Shown in pieces: positions 28,162 to 36,463 of a stretch of DNA of 59,128 nucleotides; position 1 is the first letter of the stretch, and the number at the start of each line of letters is the position of its first letter. This DNA is from Candidatus Nanopelagicales bacterium (GTDB taxonomy: Bacteria; Actinomycetota; Actinomycetes; S36-B12). The stretch spans positions 1 through 59,128 of the forward strand of contig JALRGY010000003.1 of assembly GCA_023253325.1 (NCBI GenBank). The letters run 5' to 3'. Below the pieces are notes generated by a model. That model did not search any database, was not told the DNA's origin, and saw only the letters and a list, made by a program, of their open reading frames with translations. Made by a program: the position numbers and the translations under genes.

Positions 28162-28227
28162 GTGAACCTTGAACGCCCAGTTGGTGAACAACAAGTGAAC
28201 GAATTCATCTGTGAACAAAAAGTGAAC
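28162..28227 (-). promoter_or_regulatory. PHO-box-like array: five GTTCAC hexamers (read on the pstC strand) phased at 11-nt multiples
   Basis: GTGAAC occurs on the plus strand at about 28162, 28184, 28195, 28211 and 28222 (spacings 22, 11, 16, 11 nt), 45-110 nt upstream of the pstC start. One copy extends to GTTCACC, the conserved core of actinobacterial PhoP direct-repeat units. Confidence 0.65.
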
Positions 28228-28231
28228 TAGT

Positions 28232-28711
28232 TCAGTGGTCGCTGCCTGAAATCTGTTCCAGGGCGTGGATCACGATCGGCATGAGCACGGCCATTGCATC
28301 TTTTGCCCCACCGGGCGATCCAGGGGCGTTTACCACCAGAGACTTGCCGCTTTGGCCGGCAATTCCTCGGGAGAGAGCCGCGGTAGGAATTCCGTTACTG
28401 AGTCCAAAGGCCCGGATGGCATCGGCAATGCCCGGGATCTCCCGATCAATGACTGGGATCGTCATTTCAGGGGTGAAATCCGTGGGGGTTAAGCCTGTGC
28501 CTCCTGTTGTGATCACAAGATCATGACCACTGTCAATGGCGGTTCGAAGCGCTGATGTGACGTCGGGGCCGTCGGGGATTACGACCGTGGGAGAAACATC
28601 AAATCCACCGGCTTCCAAAGCCGCAACAATGATTTCACCCGAGGTATCCGGTCGAGTTCCTGCCGCTCCACGCGTTGAAACAGTGATTACCTGAGCCTTA
28701 AATGCACTCAT
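28232..28711 (-). CDS. MogA/MoaB family molybdenum cofactor biosynthesis protein
   Basis: MoCF_biosynth fold motifs (ITVSTRGAAG, LVITTGGTGLTPTD, PGSPGGA), 159 aa. Confidence 0.85.
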   Translation of the reverse strand: MSAFKAQVITVSTRGAAGTRPDTSGEIIVAALEAGGFDVSPTVVIPDGPDVTSALRTAIDSGHDLVITTGGTGLTPTDFTPEMTIPVIDREIPGIADAIRAFGLSNGIPTAALSRGIAGQSGKSLVVNAPGSPGGAKDAMAVLMPIVIHALEQISGSDH

Positions 28712-29200
28712 TTACGAATCCGCGCTTTCACGAACCCAATGCCCTGAACGACCACCCTTTTTCTCGAGCAATTCAACGGTACGAATGTGTGCGGTTCGAT
28801 CCAATCCCTTCACCATGTCAATGAGGGTTAAGCCACCAACGGCTGCCGCGGTGAGCGCTTCCATTTCCACACCTGTGCGATCCGCCGTGGTCACGGTTAC
28901 AAGTATTGAGACACCTGAATCTTCAACAGTGAGATCAACATCAACACCATGAATTGCTAGCGGGTGGCACAGCGGGATCAATTCACTTGTCTTCTTGGTT
29001 GCAGAAATAGCTGCGATACGAGCAACTGAAAGCGCATCGCCTTTGGGGACAGATCCTGTGCGTAACTTCTCAATCACTTCTGGGGAGATAACCACAAAAC
29101 CGCGGGCGGTCGCGCTGCGCTCACTGATGTCTTTTTGTGCGACGTTGACCATGCGTGCTTCACCGGATGCATTGAGGTGGGTAAATCCTTCACTGGACAT
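28712..29200 (-). CDS. moaC: cyclic pyranopterin monophosphate synthase
   Basis: MoaC motifs (MVNV..K, KGDALSVARIAAI.A.KKTSELIPLCHPL, TGVEMEALTA). Confidence 0.92.
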   Translation of the reverse strand: MSSEGFTHLNASGEARMVNVAQKDISERSATARGFVVISPEVIEKLRTGSVPKGDALSVARIAAISATKKTSELIPLCHPLAIHGVDVDLTVEDSGVSILVTVTTADRTGVEMEALTAAAVGGLTLIDMVKGLDRTAHIRTVELLEKKGGRSGHWVRESADS

Positions 29201-29206
29201 AACAGG

Positions 29207-30421
29207 TTACCTGCCTTCTCGGATATCAATGACTTCAACAACGGTTCCTGCGTCAACAGTTGCCACACCCGCGGGTATGACAATGAAACATTCAGCTTGT
29301 GCCAAGCCGCCCATCACATGGGACCCTTGGCCCGCACCAACTGGCTCAACATGATCTGCATCAATAAACCTGCCCCGCGCAAACTGACACTTGTGTTCAG
29401 GTGAGGTCATGGACACTGCAAGTTCAACTTTTTTGCTGCGATCAGACACTGGGTCAAGTCCGCGCAACTTGCGCAACGCCGGACGAACAAATACTTCAAA
29501 TGACACATATGCGCTCACCGGATTTCCTGGCAGTGTGATGACCGGAATGCCCGGGTCCCCGAGACTGCCACAGCCTTGCGGCATACCGGGTTGCATAGCG
29601 ACCTTGTAAAACTCCGCCGAGCCCAGCTTCTGAAAAACTGCCTTGACAGGGTCGTAGGCACCCATGCTGACGCCGCCAGTAGTGATCAAAATGTCAGCAC
29701 GGTGCACTTGATCATTAAGAGCTCGTTCCAATTCCTCTTCATCATCTTGTACTGGCGCGGCCCTGTAGGCGAGTGCGCCGGCACTATTCGCCGCTGCAAC
29801 AAGCATGAAAGAGTTTGAGTCACTGATCAGGCCGTGGGCCAACGGTGTGCCTGGCTCGACGAGCTCTGTCCCCGTTGACATAACAGCCACGCGAGGCCGA
29901 GGAACCACAAGAACCCGTGATTGACCAACGGCGGCGAGTAACGCAATGGATCGTGCATTGAGAAGTGTGCCTCTGCGCAAGACGATCTCGCCGATGAGAA
30001 TGTCCTCCCCCATCTTTCGCACATACCCGCCAAAGTCGACCGATGCACTCACCGTGACGTTTTCCGTACCGCCATCGGTCATCTCGACCGGGACAACACA
30101 CTGTGTGCCATCAGGGGTTGGCGCACCTGTCATGATTCTTATCGCGGTCCCCGAGACCAAAGTTTCCAGTGATCGAAAACCGGCGGGAACGTCATCGATG
30201 ACTCGCAAAGTCACCGGATTTTCGGTGCTCGCCCCAGCAATATCTGCCTGCAGGACCGCATAGCCGTCCATGGACGAGTTATCAAATGAGGGCAACGGCC
30301 ATGGGGCCGCGACGTCTTGGGCCAACAGGCATCCGTCAACTTCGCTCAGGGGTAATTCAATGGGATGCAATGATTCGATACCGGCAAGAACTAAATCGCG
30401 GTATTCCTCAACACTGAGCAT
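29207..30421 (-). CDS. moeA: molybdopterin molybdotransferase
   Basis: MoeA/gephyrin E-domain organisation, SSMDGYAV and ITTGGVSMGAYD motifs, 404 aa. Confidence 0.9.
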   Translation of the reverse strand: MLSVEEYRDLVLAGIESLHPIELPLSEVDGCLLAQDVAAPWPLPSFDNSSMDGYAVLQADIAGASTENPVTLRVIDDVPAGFRSLETLVSGTAIRIMTGAPTPDGTQCVVPVEMTDGGTENVTVSASVDFGGYVRKMGEDILIGEIVLRRGTLLNARSIALLAAVGQSRVLVVPRPRVAVMSTGTELVEPGTPLAHGLISDSNSFMLVAAANSAGALAYRAAPVQDDEEELERALNDQVHRADILITTGGVSMGAYDPVKAVFQKLGSAEFYKVAMQPGMPQGCGSLGDPGIPVITLPGNPVSAYVSFEVFVRPALRKLRGLDPVSDRSKKVELAVSMTSPEHKCQFARGRFIDADHVEPVGAGQGSHVMGGLAQAECFIVIPAGVATVDAGTVVEVIDIREGR

Positions 30422-30566
30422 GTCTTAACCCTATCGATCCGGCCTTAACTGGCAGGACGGACAATGCGATCAACCCTGCCGATCAAACCGATCTGGAGTA
30501 ACGTTGAGGTGCTACCAGTTCCCCTCTGGTTCAGCCACCCGAATGTTTCACCAGGAAGGCTCCCTC

Positions 30567-31670
30567 ATGCGCGAAGTTTTGCCCGAGTTGCTCGCGGCAT
30601 ATGACAACGGAGGCGCGGCCATGGCCACGGTGGTCAACACCTGGCGCTCAGCCCCTCGCCCGGTCGGCGCGGCCATGCTGGTTACAGCAGACCAAGAGGC
30701 CGTGGGCTCGGTCAGCGGTGGCTGCGTTGAAGGAGCCCTCTTCGATGTCGGCATTGAAGTCCTTGACAACGCCCAACCCCAATTCCACCACTATGGAGTC
30801 AGCGACGACGATGCATTCGCGGTCGGCCTGACCTGCGGCGGACTACTCGATGTATTCGTGGAGTCAGTCACGCCAGAGTCCTGGCCCGAACTGCCTTTCG
30901 TTGCCGAGCAAATCGAAGCACAAAAACCTGTCGCGGTTGCCACCATTGTCAAAGGCCCTCACCTCGTTGGTAACCACCTCGTCATTACACCCACATCAAC
31001 CTTAGGGACATTGGGAACGCAACGACTCGATGACACTGTTCGCGAGGATGCACTTGGCATGCTCGCTGGAGGCCGAACGGCAACAATTGAATATGGCCCT
31101 GAAGGTGAACGCCTCGGTGAGGGGCTCCAAGTTTTTGTGGCAAGTTATGCGCCGCCGGCTGACATGTTTGTTTTCGGTGCAATCGATTTCTCAGCCGCGC
31201 TCGTGCGCGTTGCCAAGATTCTCGGTTACCGCGTAACGGTTTGTGATGCGAGACCCGTCTTTGCAACCAAGAAAAGATTCCCTGATGCGGATGAAGTGGT
31301 TGTCGACTGGCCGCACCGCTGGTTAGAGCAACAGGAAGTCAGTGAGCGCACCGTTATCGCTGTCCTGACTCATGACCCTAAATTCGACGTGCCCGCGATC
31401 AAAGCAGCGTTAAAAACAAATGCCGGCTACATCGGCGCTATGGGTTCACGTAAAACTCACAATGACCGCACCCGCCGACTGGTTGAAGCAGGCATCACTG
31501 CTGAGGAGATCGCTCGCATCCAGTCGCCCATTGGGCTCGACATCGGTGCGCGCACGCCCGAAGAAACCGCCATCAGCATTTGCGCCGAGATCGTGCAAAA
31601 CCGTTGGGGTGGCTCCGGCCAGAAGTTGGCCAGCACCGAAGGTCCCATCCATCCCGGTGCACCACGATGA
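30567..31670 (+). CDS. XdhC/CoxI family molybdoenzyme maturation protein
   Basis: N-terminal XdhC_CoxI segment (ATVVNTWRSAPRPVGAAMLV) and a C-terminal Rossmann-like segment (VFGAIDFSAALVRVAKILGYRVTVCDARP). Start trimmed to MREVLPELL. The ORF-track start is 30504. Confidence 0.8.
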   Translation: MREVLPELLAAYDNGGAAMATVVNTWRSAPRPVGAAMLVTADQEAVGSVSGGCVEGALFDVGIEVLDNAQPQFHHYGVSDDDAFAVGLTCGGLLDVFVESVTPESWPELPFVAEQIEAQKPVAVATIVKGPHLVGNHLVITPTSTLGTLGTQRLDDTVREDALGMLAGGRTATIEYGPEGERLGEGLQVFVASYAPPADMFVFGAIDFSAALVRVAKILGYRVTVCDARPVFATKKRFPDADEVVVDWPHRWLEQQEVSERTVIAVLTHDPKFDVPAIKAALKTNAGYIGAMGSRKTHNDRTRRLVEAGITAEEIARIQSPIGLDIGARTPEETAISICAEIVQNRWGGSGQKLASTEGPIHPGAPR

Positions 31671-31909
31671 ACGTAACTGTAAATCTCTTTGCCGCCGCAC
31701 GACATGCAGCTCAACGGGACAGCGTCACAATGGATGCGACGACGTTGAATGAATTGCGTCTGTTACTCGTCAAACAATTTCCTGCCTTGGTTCGGGTTAT
31801 CCCTCAATGTTCCATGCTCGTTGATGGACTGTCCTTCGGCATAGACGGCGATATCGAACTTGTTGATGGGGCCAGGGTTGATGTAATGCCACCGTTCTCT
31901 GGTGGCTAA
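31667..31909 (+). CDS. moaD: molybdopterin synthase sulfur carrier subunit (MoaD/ThiS family)
   Basis: 80-aa beta-grasp-sized protein ending in MPPFSGG (C-terminal Gly-Gly). The ATG overlaps the xdhC-like stop (ATGA). Confidence 0.8.
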   Translation: MNVTVNLFAAARHAAQRDSVTMDATTLNELRLLLVKQFPALVRVIPQCSMLVDGLSFGIDGDIELVDGARVDVMPPFSGG

Positions 31910-31948
31910 ATCAAACATGCCACCGTTCTCTGGTGGCTAAATCAGACA
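31887..31948. repeat. 2 x 31-bp tandem direct repeat duplicating the last 7 codons plus stop of moaD
   Basis: atgccaccgttctctggtggctaaatca(a/g)ac occurs twice back to back with 1 mismatch. Copy 1 contains the real moaD stop. Confidence 0.9.
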
Positions 31949-31991
31949 GGGCATTGGCGTGCTGAAAATTGACCTCGCCGTCCAGCGTGTG

Positions 31992-32070
31992 ATCGGCGCA
32001 AACTACCCGCCAGACCCACGATCGGCGCAAACTACCCGCCAGACTCACGATCGGCGCAAACTACCCGCCG
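31992..32070. repeat. about 2.7 x 29-bp tandem direct repeat duplicating the 3-prime end plus stop of moaA (minus strand)
   Basis: gatcggcgcaaactacccgccagac(c/t)cac occurs twice, followed by a partial third copy gatcggcgcaaactacccgcc that runs into the genuine moaA terminal codons (GGC GGG TAG on the minus strand). Confidence 0.9.
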
Positions 32071-33080
32071 ATGGCACTCATCGGGCGGTCCGGCTTGATG
32101 AAGTTCGGGTCATTGATTCCGTGTCCAGGGAGTTTGGCCTTGGTGACCACCTGAAGGATGTCGCGCACACCTTGAATCTTTTCTTCCTGACTGAGATCTG
32201 AGCGCATGATGCTACGGACATCAGTTTCATCGCGGGCAAATAGGCAGTTTCGGAACTGGCCATCAGCGGTGAGTCGCAAGCGATCGCATGCGCTGCAGAA
32301 CGGGCGAGTCACGCTGGCAATGATGCCAACCGTTGCAGGCCCACCATTGACATAAAACTCCTCAGCAGGTGCCGATCCACGAGTCGGTACAGGTGTCAGC
32401 GTGAATTCCTGCTCCAGCTGTGACTGAATGTCATCGGCGGTAACCATTACCGGGCGTGCCCAAAGATCACCTGCGTCAAGAGGCATCTGTTCAATGAACC
32501 GAAGGTTCCAGTCATTCTCAAGTGCATGACGCAGCAGTGGAATTGCCTCATCGTCGTTCACACCCTTAAGCAACACTGAATTAACTTTCAACGGCGTGAG
32601 GCCAGCAGCTTGCGCGGCTTTGATCCCCTCGATCACATCATTGAATCGATCGCGATGCGTCATGGCTTTGAATCTTTCGGCAGAGAGAGTGTCCAACGAA
32701 ACATTGACACGCTGTAAACCTGCATCTTTAAGGTCCTGGGCAACCTCGGCCAAGCGAAGCGCGTTGGTGGTCAGAGAAATGCGCGGTGGTTGCGGCAAAG
32801 CGTTAATTCCGCGGATAACATCAACGATGTCTCTGCGAAGCAGCGGTTCGCCACCTGTTAAGCGAACTTGAGTGATTCCACTTTCTACCGCGACACCAAT
32901 AACAGTGAGCAACTCTTCTGTCGTGAGAAGGGATTCATTCGCAATCCAATCAGAAAAGTCTGCAGGCATGCAGTAGGTGCACCGCAGCGAGCACCTATCT
33001 GTCAGTGAAACCCGAAGGTCCCTATGCACACGTCCATAACTGTCGACCAGTTCGGATTTACTCACGCGCAGTTCACCCAC
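32061..33080 (-). CDS. moaA: GTP 3',8-cyclase (radical SAM)
   Basis: Radical SAM CSLRCTYC motif, C-terminal cluster Cys (CSACDRLRLT), and the C-terminal Gly-Gly typical of MoaA. Confidence 0.93.
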   Translation of the reverse strand: MGELRVSKSELVDSYGRVHRDLRVSLTDRCSLRCTYCMPADFSDWIANESLLTTEELLTVIGVAVESGITQVRLTGGEPLLRRDIVDVIRGINALPQPPRISLTTNALRLAEVAQDLKDAGLQRVNVSLDTLSAERFKAMTHRDRFNDVIEGIKAAQAAGLTPLKVNSVLLKGVNDDEAIPLLRHALENDWNLRFIEQMPLDAGDLWARPVMVTADDIQSQLEQEFTLTPVPTRGSAPAEEFYVNGGPATVGIIASVTRPFCSACDRLRLTADGQFRNCLFARDETDVRSIMRSDLSQEEKIQGVRDILQVVTKAKLPGHGINDPNFIKPDRPMSAIGG

Positions 33081-33496
33081 TCATCTGTTCCATCGGCAAA
33101 ATATTGATGCTTCCACACGGGAAGTTGTTCCTTGATCTGGTCCACGATCTCACGGCAGGCACTGAATGCATCACCCCGGTGCGAACTTCCCACCGCCACG
33201 ACCAATGCAGACTCCCCAATCGGGATCGGGCCCACTCGGTGCGCAGCCGCAATATGAGTGACATCGAGAGTCTGTGCCAGCGAATCCATCACCGATCGAA
33301 TTACGTCCCCTGCACTTGGGTGGGCCTCATATGTCAGGGAGAGTACTTCTTTGCCATGATCGTGATTACGAACATCTCCCGAGAAGACAACAACGGCACC
33401 GGTCGAGCTGTCGCTTACGAGCGCAGTAATGGCAACGGCGTCCAGGGGATCCGTGGTCACGGTCGCGAGGTGAACTGTTACTGACATGGTCAACAC
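33062..33496 (-). CDS. moaE: molybdopterin synthase catalytic subunit
   Basis: MoaE-like sequence (GAVVVFSGDVRNHD, LTYEAHP, HRVG.IPIGE, PVWKHQ). It overlaps the moaA start by 19 nt. The start may be 33487. Confidence 0.88.
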   Translation of the reverse strand: MLTMSVTVHLATVTTDPLDAVAITALVSDSSTGAVVVFSGDVRNHDHGKEVLSLTYEAHPSAGDVIRSVMDSLAQTLDVTHIAAAHRVGPIPIGESALVVAVGSSHRGDAFSACREIVDQIKEQLPVWKHQYFADGTDEWVNCA

Positions 33497-34088
33497 ATTA
33501 TGGTGGAGTATGGCCAGTTCGTCTCGAGATGCATCAACTCACGAGGACAATTGCGCAGGAATCGTGCTGGCAGCGGGCTCAGGAACTCGATTTGGTGGAC
33601 CAAAAGCACCTTATGAATTCGAAGGGCAGAGACTCATTGACCGGGCTGTGGACACCCTGGCGCGGGGTGGAGCCGACCCAATTGTCGCCGTCTTGGGTGC
33701 TTGGGTCGGTGACGTTCCCAATTGTGAGCTAGTGATCAACCCCGATTTCGAGAGTGGGATGGGGTCTTCGCTCAAAGTTGCTCTGAAGCACTTGATCGAA
33801 AGTCACCCTGAAGCAGACGCTGCAATCATTACTTTGGTCGACCTCATTGACCTCACACCTGAAGCCGTTGAGCGTATGCGCCTGTCCACCGGAGATCTAC
33901 TCCAAGCCACCTACAACGGCGAGATCGGGCACCCCGTGAAATTAGGGCGTGAACATTGGGCACCCTTGCTCCATGAATTAAGCGGTGACATGGGCGCTCG
34001 TGCTTATCTCAAGAAACATGGCGTGACAGAGATTGAACTGAGTGAATTCGGAAACGGAACCGATTTAGATTTTCGGCCTACTGTTTAA
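33486..34088 (+). CDS. MobA-like NTP transferase domain protein (MocA-like molybdenum cofactor nucleotidyltransferase)
   Basis: GIVLAAGSGTRFGGPK motif and TLVD motif (ITLVDLIDL), 200 aa. The start may be the internal ATG at 33510. Confidence 0.7.
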   Translation: MVNTLWWSMASSSRDASTHEDNCAGIVLAAGSGTRFGGPKAPYEFEGQRLIDRAVDTLARGGADPIVAVLGAWVGDVPNCELVINPDFESGMGSSLKVALKHLIESHPEADAAIITLVDLIDLTPEAVERMRLSTGDLLQATYNGEIGHPVKLGREHWAPLLHELSGDMGARAYLKKHGVTEIELSEFGNGTDLDFRPTV

Positions 34089-34563
34089 CCACGTTGCGTT
34101 TGCCTTTGGCACCCATATAGACCGTGAGCAATCGAACTGTTTCTTCACTCTTATTAATCCCGTTGTAGTTCGTCTTTGTCGCCTGCATCAAAGAACTACC
34201 AGCCGGGAATTCTTTGGTAACGCCCGCCTCATATTCCACCGTGTAGGTGCCGCTCATGACGTACACGTAAACGGGAATGCGATGCAACTGCCATCCTGTT
34301 TCCTGACCAGGCTCAAGTGTGGTGATCGCACTGGAGATCTTTGCGGCACCCTTTGGCGGATAAGCCAGTTCTTGGTCCAGTACGGTGATCTCTTGATCAA
34401 CCATGAGTTCCTGCGTCCCGGTTGCAGTTCCATCAACCGCTTGGCCGTCGGTCGCACCGTCAACTGTTGCCGCGCCCTCGTCCCCCGAACCACCGCACCC
34501 GCTCAGTAGGGTTGCCCCTAGAAAAAGGCCGGCGGTAACCAGCGCGATTTTCTTTAATCGCAT
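34078..34563 (-). CDS. cupin domain lipoprotein
   Basis: Lipobox TLLSGC, and a C-terminal beta-barrel-like segment (LEPGQETGWQLHRIPVYVYVMSGTYTVEYE). The 3-prime end overlaps the convergent mocA-like gene by 11 nt. Confidence 0.6.
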   Translation of the reverse strand: MRLKKIALVTAGLFLGATLLSGCGGSGDEGAATVDGATDGQAVDGTATGTQELMVDQEITVLDQELAYPPKGAAKISSAITTLEPGQETGWQLHRIPVYVYVMSGTYTVEYEAGVTKEFPAGSSLMQATKTNYNGINKSEETVRLLTVYMGAKGKRNVVKQ

Positions 34564-34615
34564 TCCACCAACCTAACCCACTCACGCTATTTCCGTCCGA
34601 AGGAGTGCAAAATCC

Positions 34616-35320
34616 ATGGCATTTATTCCTGGATTCCTCACTCCCTCACGCAGCGTTCCCCTCACACGCTGGCGCTCAGAATCCCGATGGTCGGCTAAGC
34701 CATCTACTTTCGCAATCCTTATTGGCGGTCTCTGGCTCTTTGGCACCGGAGAGGCGCTTCTCGTCATTGCTGACCTGGGAGTTGGTCCGTGGACCGTCCT
34801 AGCTCAGGGAATTTCCACCAAGGCACCCATCGACATTGGCGTGGCAACATTTCTCATCAGTTTGACCGTTTTGCTGGTGTGGATACCCCTGCGTGAACGC
34901 CCCGGGCTTGGAACAATTGCTAATGCCATTGTCATTGCGACGGCCCTGCAGGTGATGAGCTCAGTCATTCCGCACCCCGAGAATCCTGTCGTTCGGTTGA
35001 TCGTGGTGATCGTTGGCATTGCTTTCGTGGGAATCGGTAGCGGCCTCTACCTCACCACCAACCTCGGACCGGGTCCACGTGATGGCATGATGACCGGAAT
35101 TCATTTCAGGACAGGTTGGCCCGTTTCGACCGTGCGACTTGGGATCGAGGCCACAGTTCTCGTCATCGGTTGGTTCCTCGGGGGGACGGTCGGCATTGGA
35201 ACGGTCCTATTTGCCCTTCTCATCGGTCCCTTTGTTGGCTATGGCCTTAAAGGTGTCGGAATACTTGCCGGAGCAAAAGCAACGGTTGAGAGTGACTCTG
35301 AGCCAGAATTAGATGCATGA
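34616..35320 (+). CDS. integral membrane protein (YczE/YitT-like)
   Basis: Five to six hydrophobic helices. The segment LFGTGEALLVIADLGVGPWTVLAQGIS resembles YczE-type membrane proteins. The start is uncertain. Confidence 0.55.
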   Translation: MAFIPGFLTPSRSVPLTRWRSESRWSAKPSTFAILIGGLWLFGTGEALLVIADLGVGPWTVLAQGISTKAPIDIGVATFLISLTVLLVWIPLRERPGLGTIANAIVIATALQVMSSVIPHPENPVVRLIVVIVGIAFVGIGSGLYLTTNLGPGPRDGMMTGIHFRTGWPVSTVRLGIEATVLVIGWFLGGTVGIGTVLFALLIGPFVGYGLKGVGILAGAKATVESDSEPELDA

Positions 35321-35538
35321 GCGAGCCACTGTCACCTGAAATTCGTGAACTTCGAAAATTAAAATTTGCATCCGTCTTGCAACTCATTGCAGCAATCGTC
35401 TTTTTTGGTGCGGGTCTTTTGAGCGGGCTAAATATTGGTTGGGGCATTGCGGCTTTCGCGCTGCTCTTTTTCGCAGCCTTCAACATTTTTCTTTTCGTGG
35501 TTACCCGCAAAGCAATTGCGGCCCGCACAAACTCCTAG
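35317..35538 (+). CDS. small two-helix membrane protein (73 aa)
   Basis: ATGA overlap with the preceding gene and two clear hydrophobic helices. I recognise no family. Confidence 0.5.
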   Translation: MSEPLSPEIRELRKLKFASVLQLIAAIVFFGAGLLSGLNIGWGIAAFALLFFAAFNIFLFVVTRKAIAARTNS

Positions 35539-36380
35539 GAACCAAGCGCAAGAAGTACCGCCGCACAAAATGCCAACGCAACTCCTACTCCTTGTAGTCC
35601 GTTCATCCGCTCCTTAATGACGAATCGGGCTAGCACAACAGTGGCTGCCGGATATAGCGATCCCAGCACCGCAACAACGGAAAGAAGGCCTCGCTGGGAT
35701 GCGAGTTGGAAAATCCCATTGGCCATCGCATCCAATACTCCTGCACTAATGGCGAGCAACCAGGGAAATGCCACGCGGTCAAACTTGCGAACCACAATGA
35801 AAACAAAAGTCAACATGATGATGGTTGAAACCCAACGGCCTAAAGCTGCAACCCACACCCCAGAGTTCTCAGGAGCAAGTCCGAGTGATGTGAGATAGAA
35901 CCCAATGGCAATGCCTGAACCAATCGCCATGACGATTGCCACCGGTGGAGTGCGGCCATGATGGTGGGCGGACTCTCGACTGACCAGAACCACAGCAAAT
36001 ACGGCGAATGCCATACCCAGGTAAGCCCACGTGGATGGCTGCTCACCAAGTACAACTCCAACGATCACCGGCACTGCACCGCTCATCACGGCTGTAATCG
36101 GGGAGACAATTCCCATCTGGCCCCGGGTCAACGCGGCATAGAGCAGCGCGATTGCTATCGACCCAATGATGCCCGTGACGAGTGCATAGCCGATGAGTCC
36201 TGTGGACAACTCACCGGGAATTACCGTCAAAGCAAAAATCGTAATGACGATTCCGCCCGCTGGATACGTCACAGCGAGAACTTGGGCGGACCCTGCACGT
36301 CGTGCAGCTAGGCCACCAAGAAAGTCGGCGACACCCCAGGAGAAACTTGAAAGGAGAGCAAGGAGCGCGGCCACGCGCAC
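35535..36380 (-). CDS. EamA/DMT family transporter
   Basis: About 10 TM helices in two EamA-like halves, 281 aa. Confidence 0.8.
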   Translation of the reverse strand: MRVAALLALLSSFSWGVADFLGGLAARRAGSAQVLAVTYPAGGIVITIFALTVIPGELSTGLIGYALVTGIIGSIAIALLYAALTRGQMGIVSPITAVMSGAVPVIVGVVLGEQPSTWAYLGMAFAVFAVVLVSRESAHHHGRTPPVAIVMAIGSGIAIGFYLTSLGLAPENSGVWVAALGRWVSTIIMLTFVFIVVRKFDRVAFPWLLAISAGVLDAMANGIFQLASQRGLLSVVAVLGSLYPAATVVLARFVIKERMNGLQGVGVALAFCAAVLLALGS

Positions 36381-36463
36381 CTACCTCTCCCACGCAGATT
36401 CAGGCTATACCTAACGGCGTCACCGTGTGTGAAGCCCGCCTGGGAGAGGCTAGTGCAACGTAA

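Noticed and set aside
31918-31941. Mini-ORF MPPFSGG-stop created by the second moaD repeat copy.
   Set aside because: It has no ribosome-binding site and is a by-product of the duplication. There is no reason to think it is translated.
31887-32070. Tandem repeats considered as a possible CRISPR array or minisatellite.
   Set aside because: There are only 2-3 contiguous units with no spacers and no cas genes. The units are plainly copies of the adjacent gene termini.
36384-36449. Inverted repeat CCTCTCCCA-N48-TGGGAGAGG downstream of the propeller gene.
   Set aside because: It could be a long-loop terminator or structured 3-prime UTR. The large loop and the absence of a U-tract make any call speculative, so I did not annotate it.
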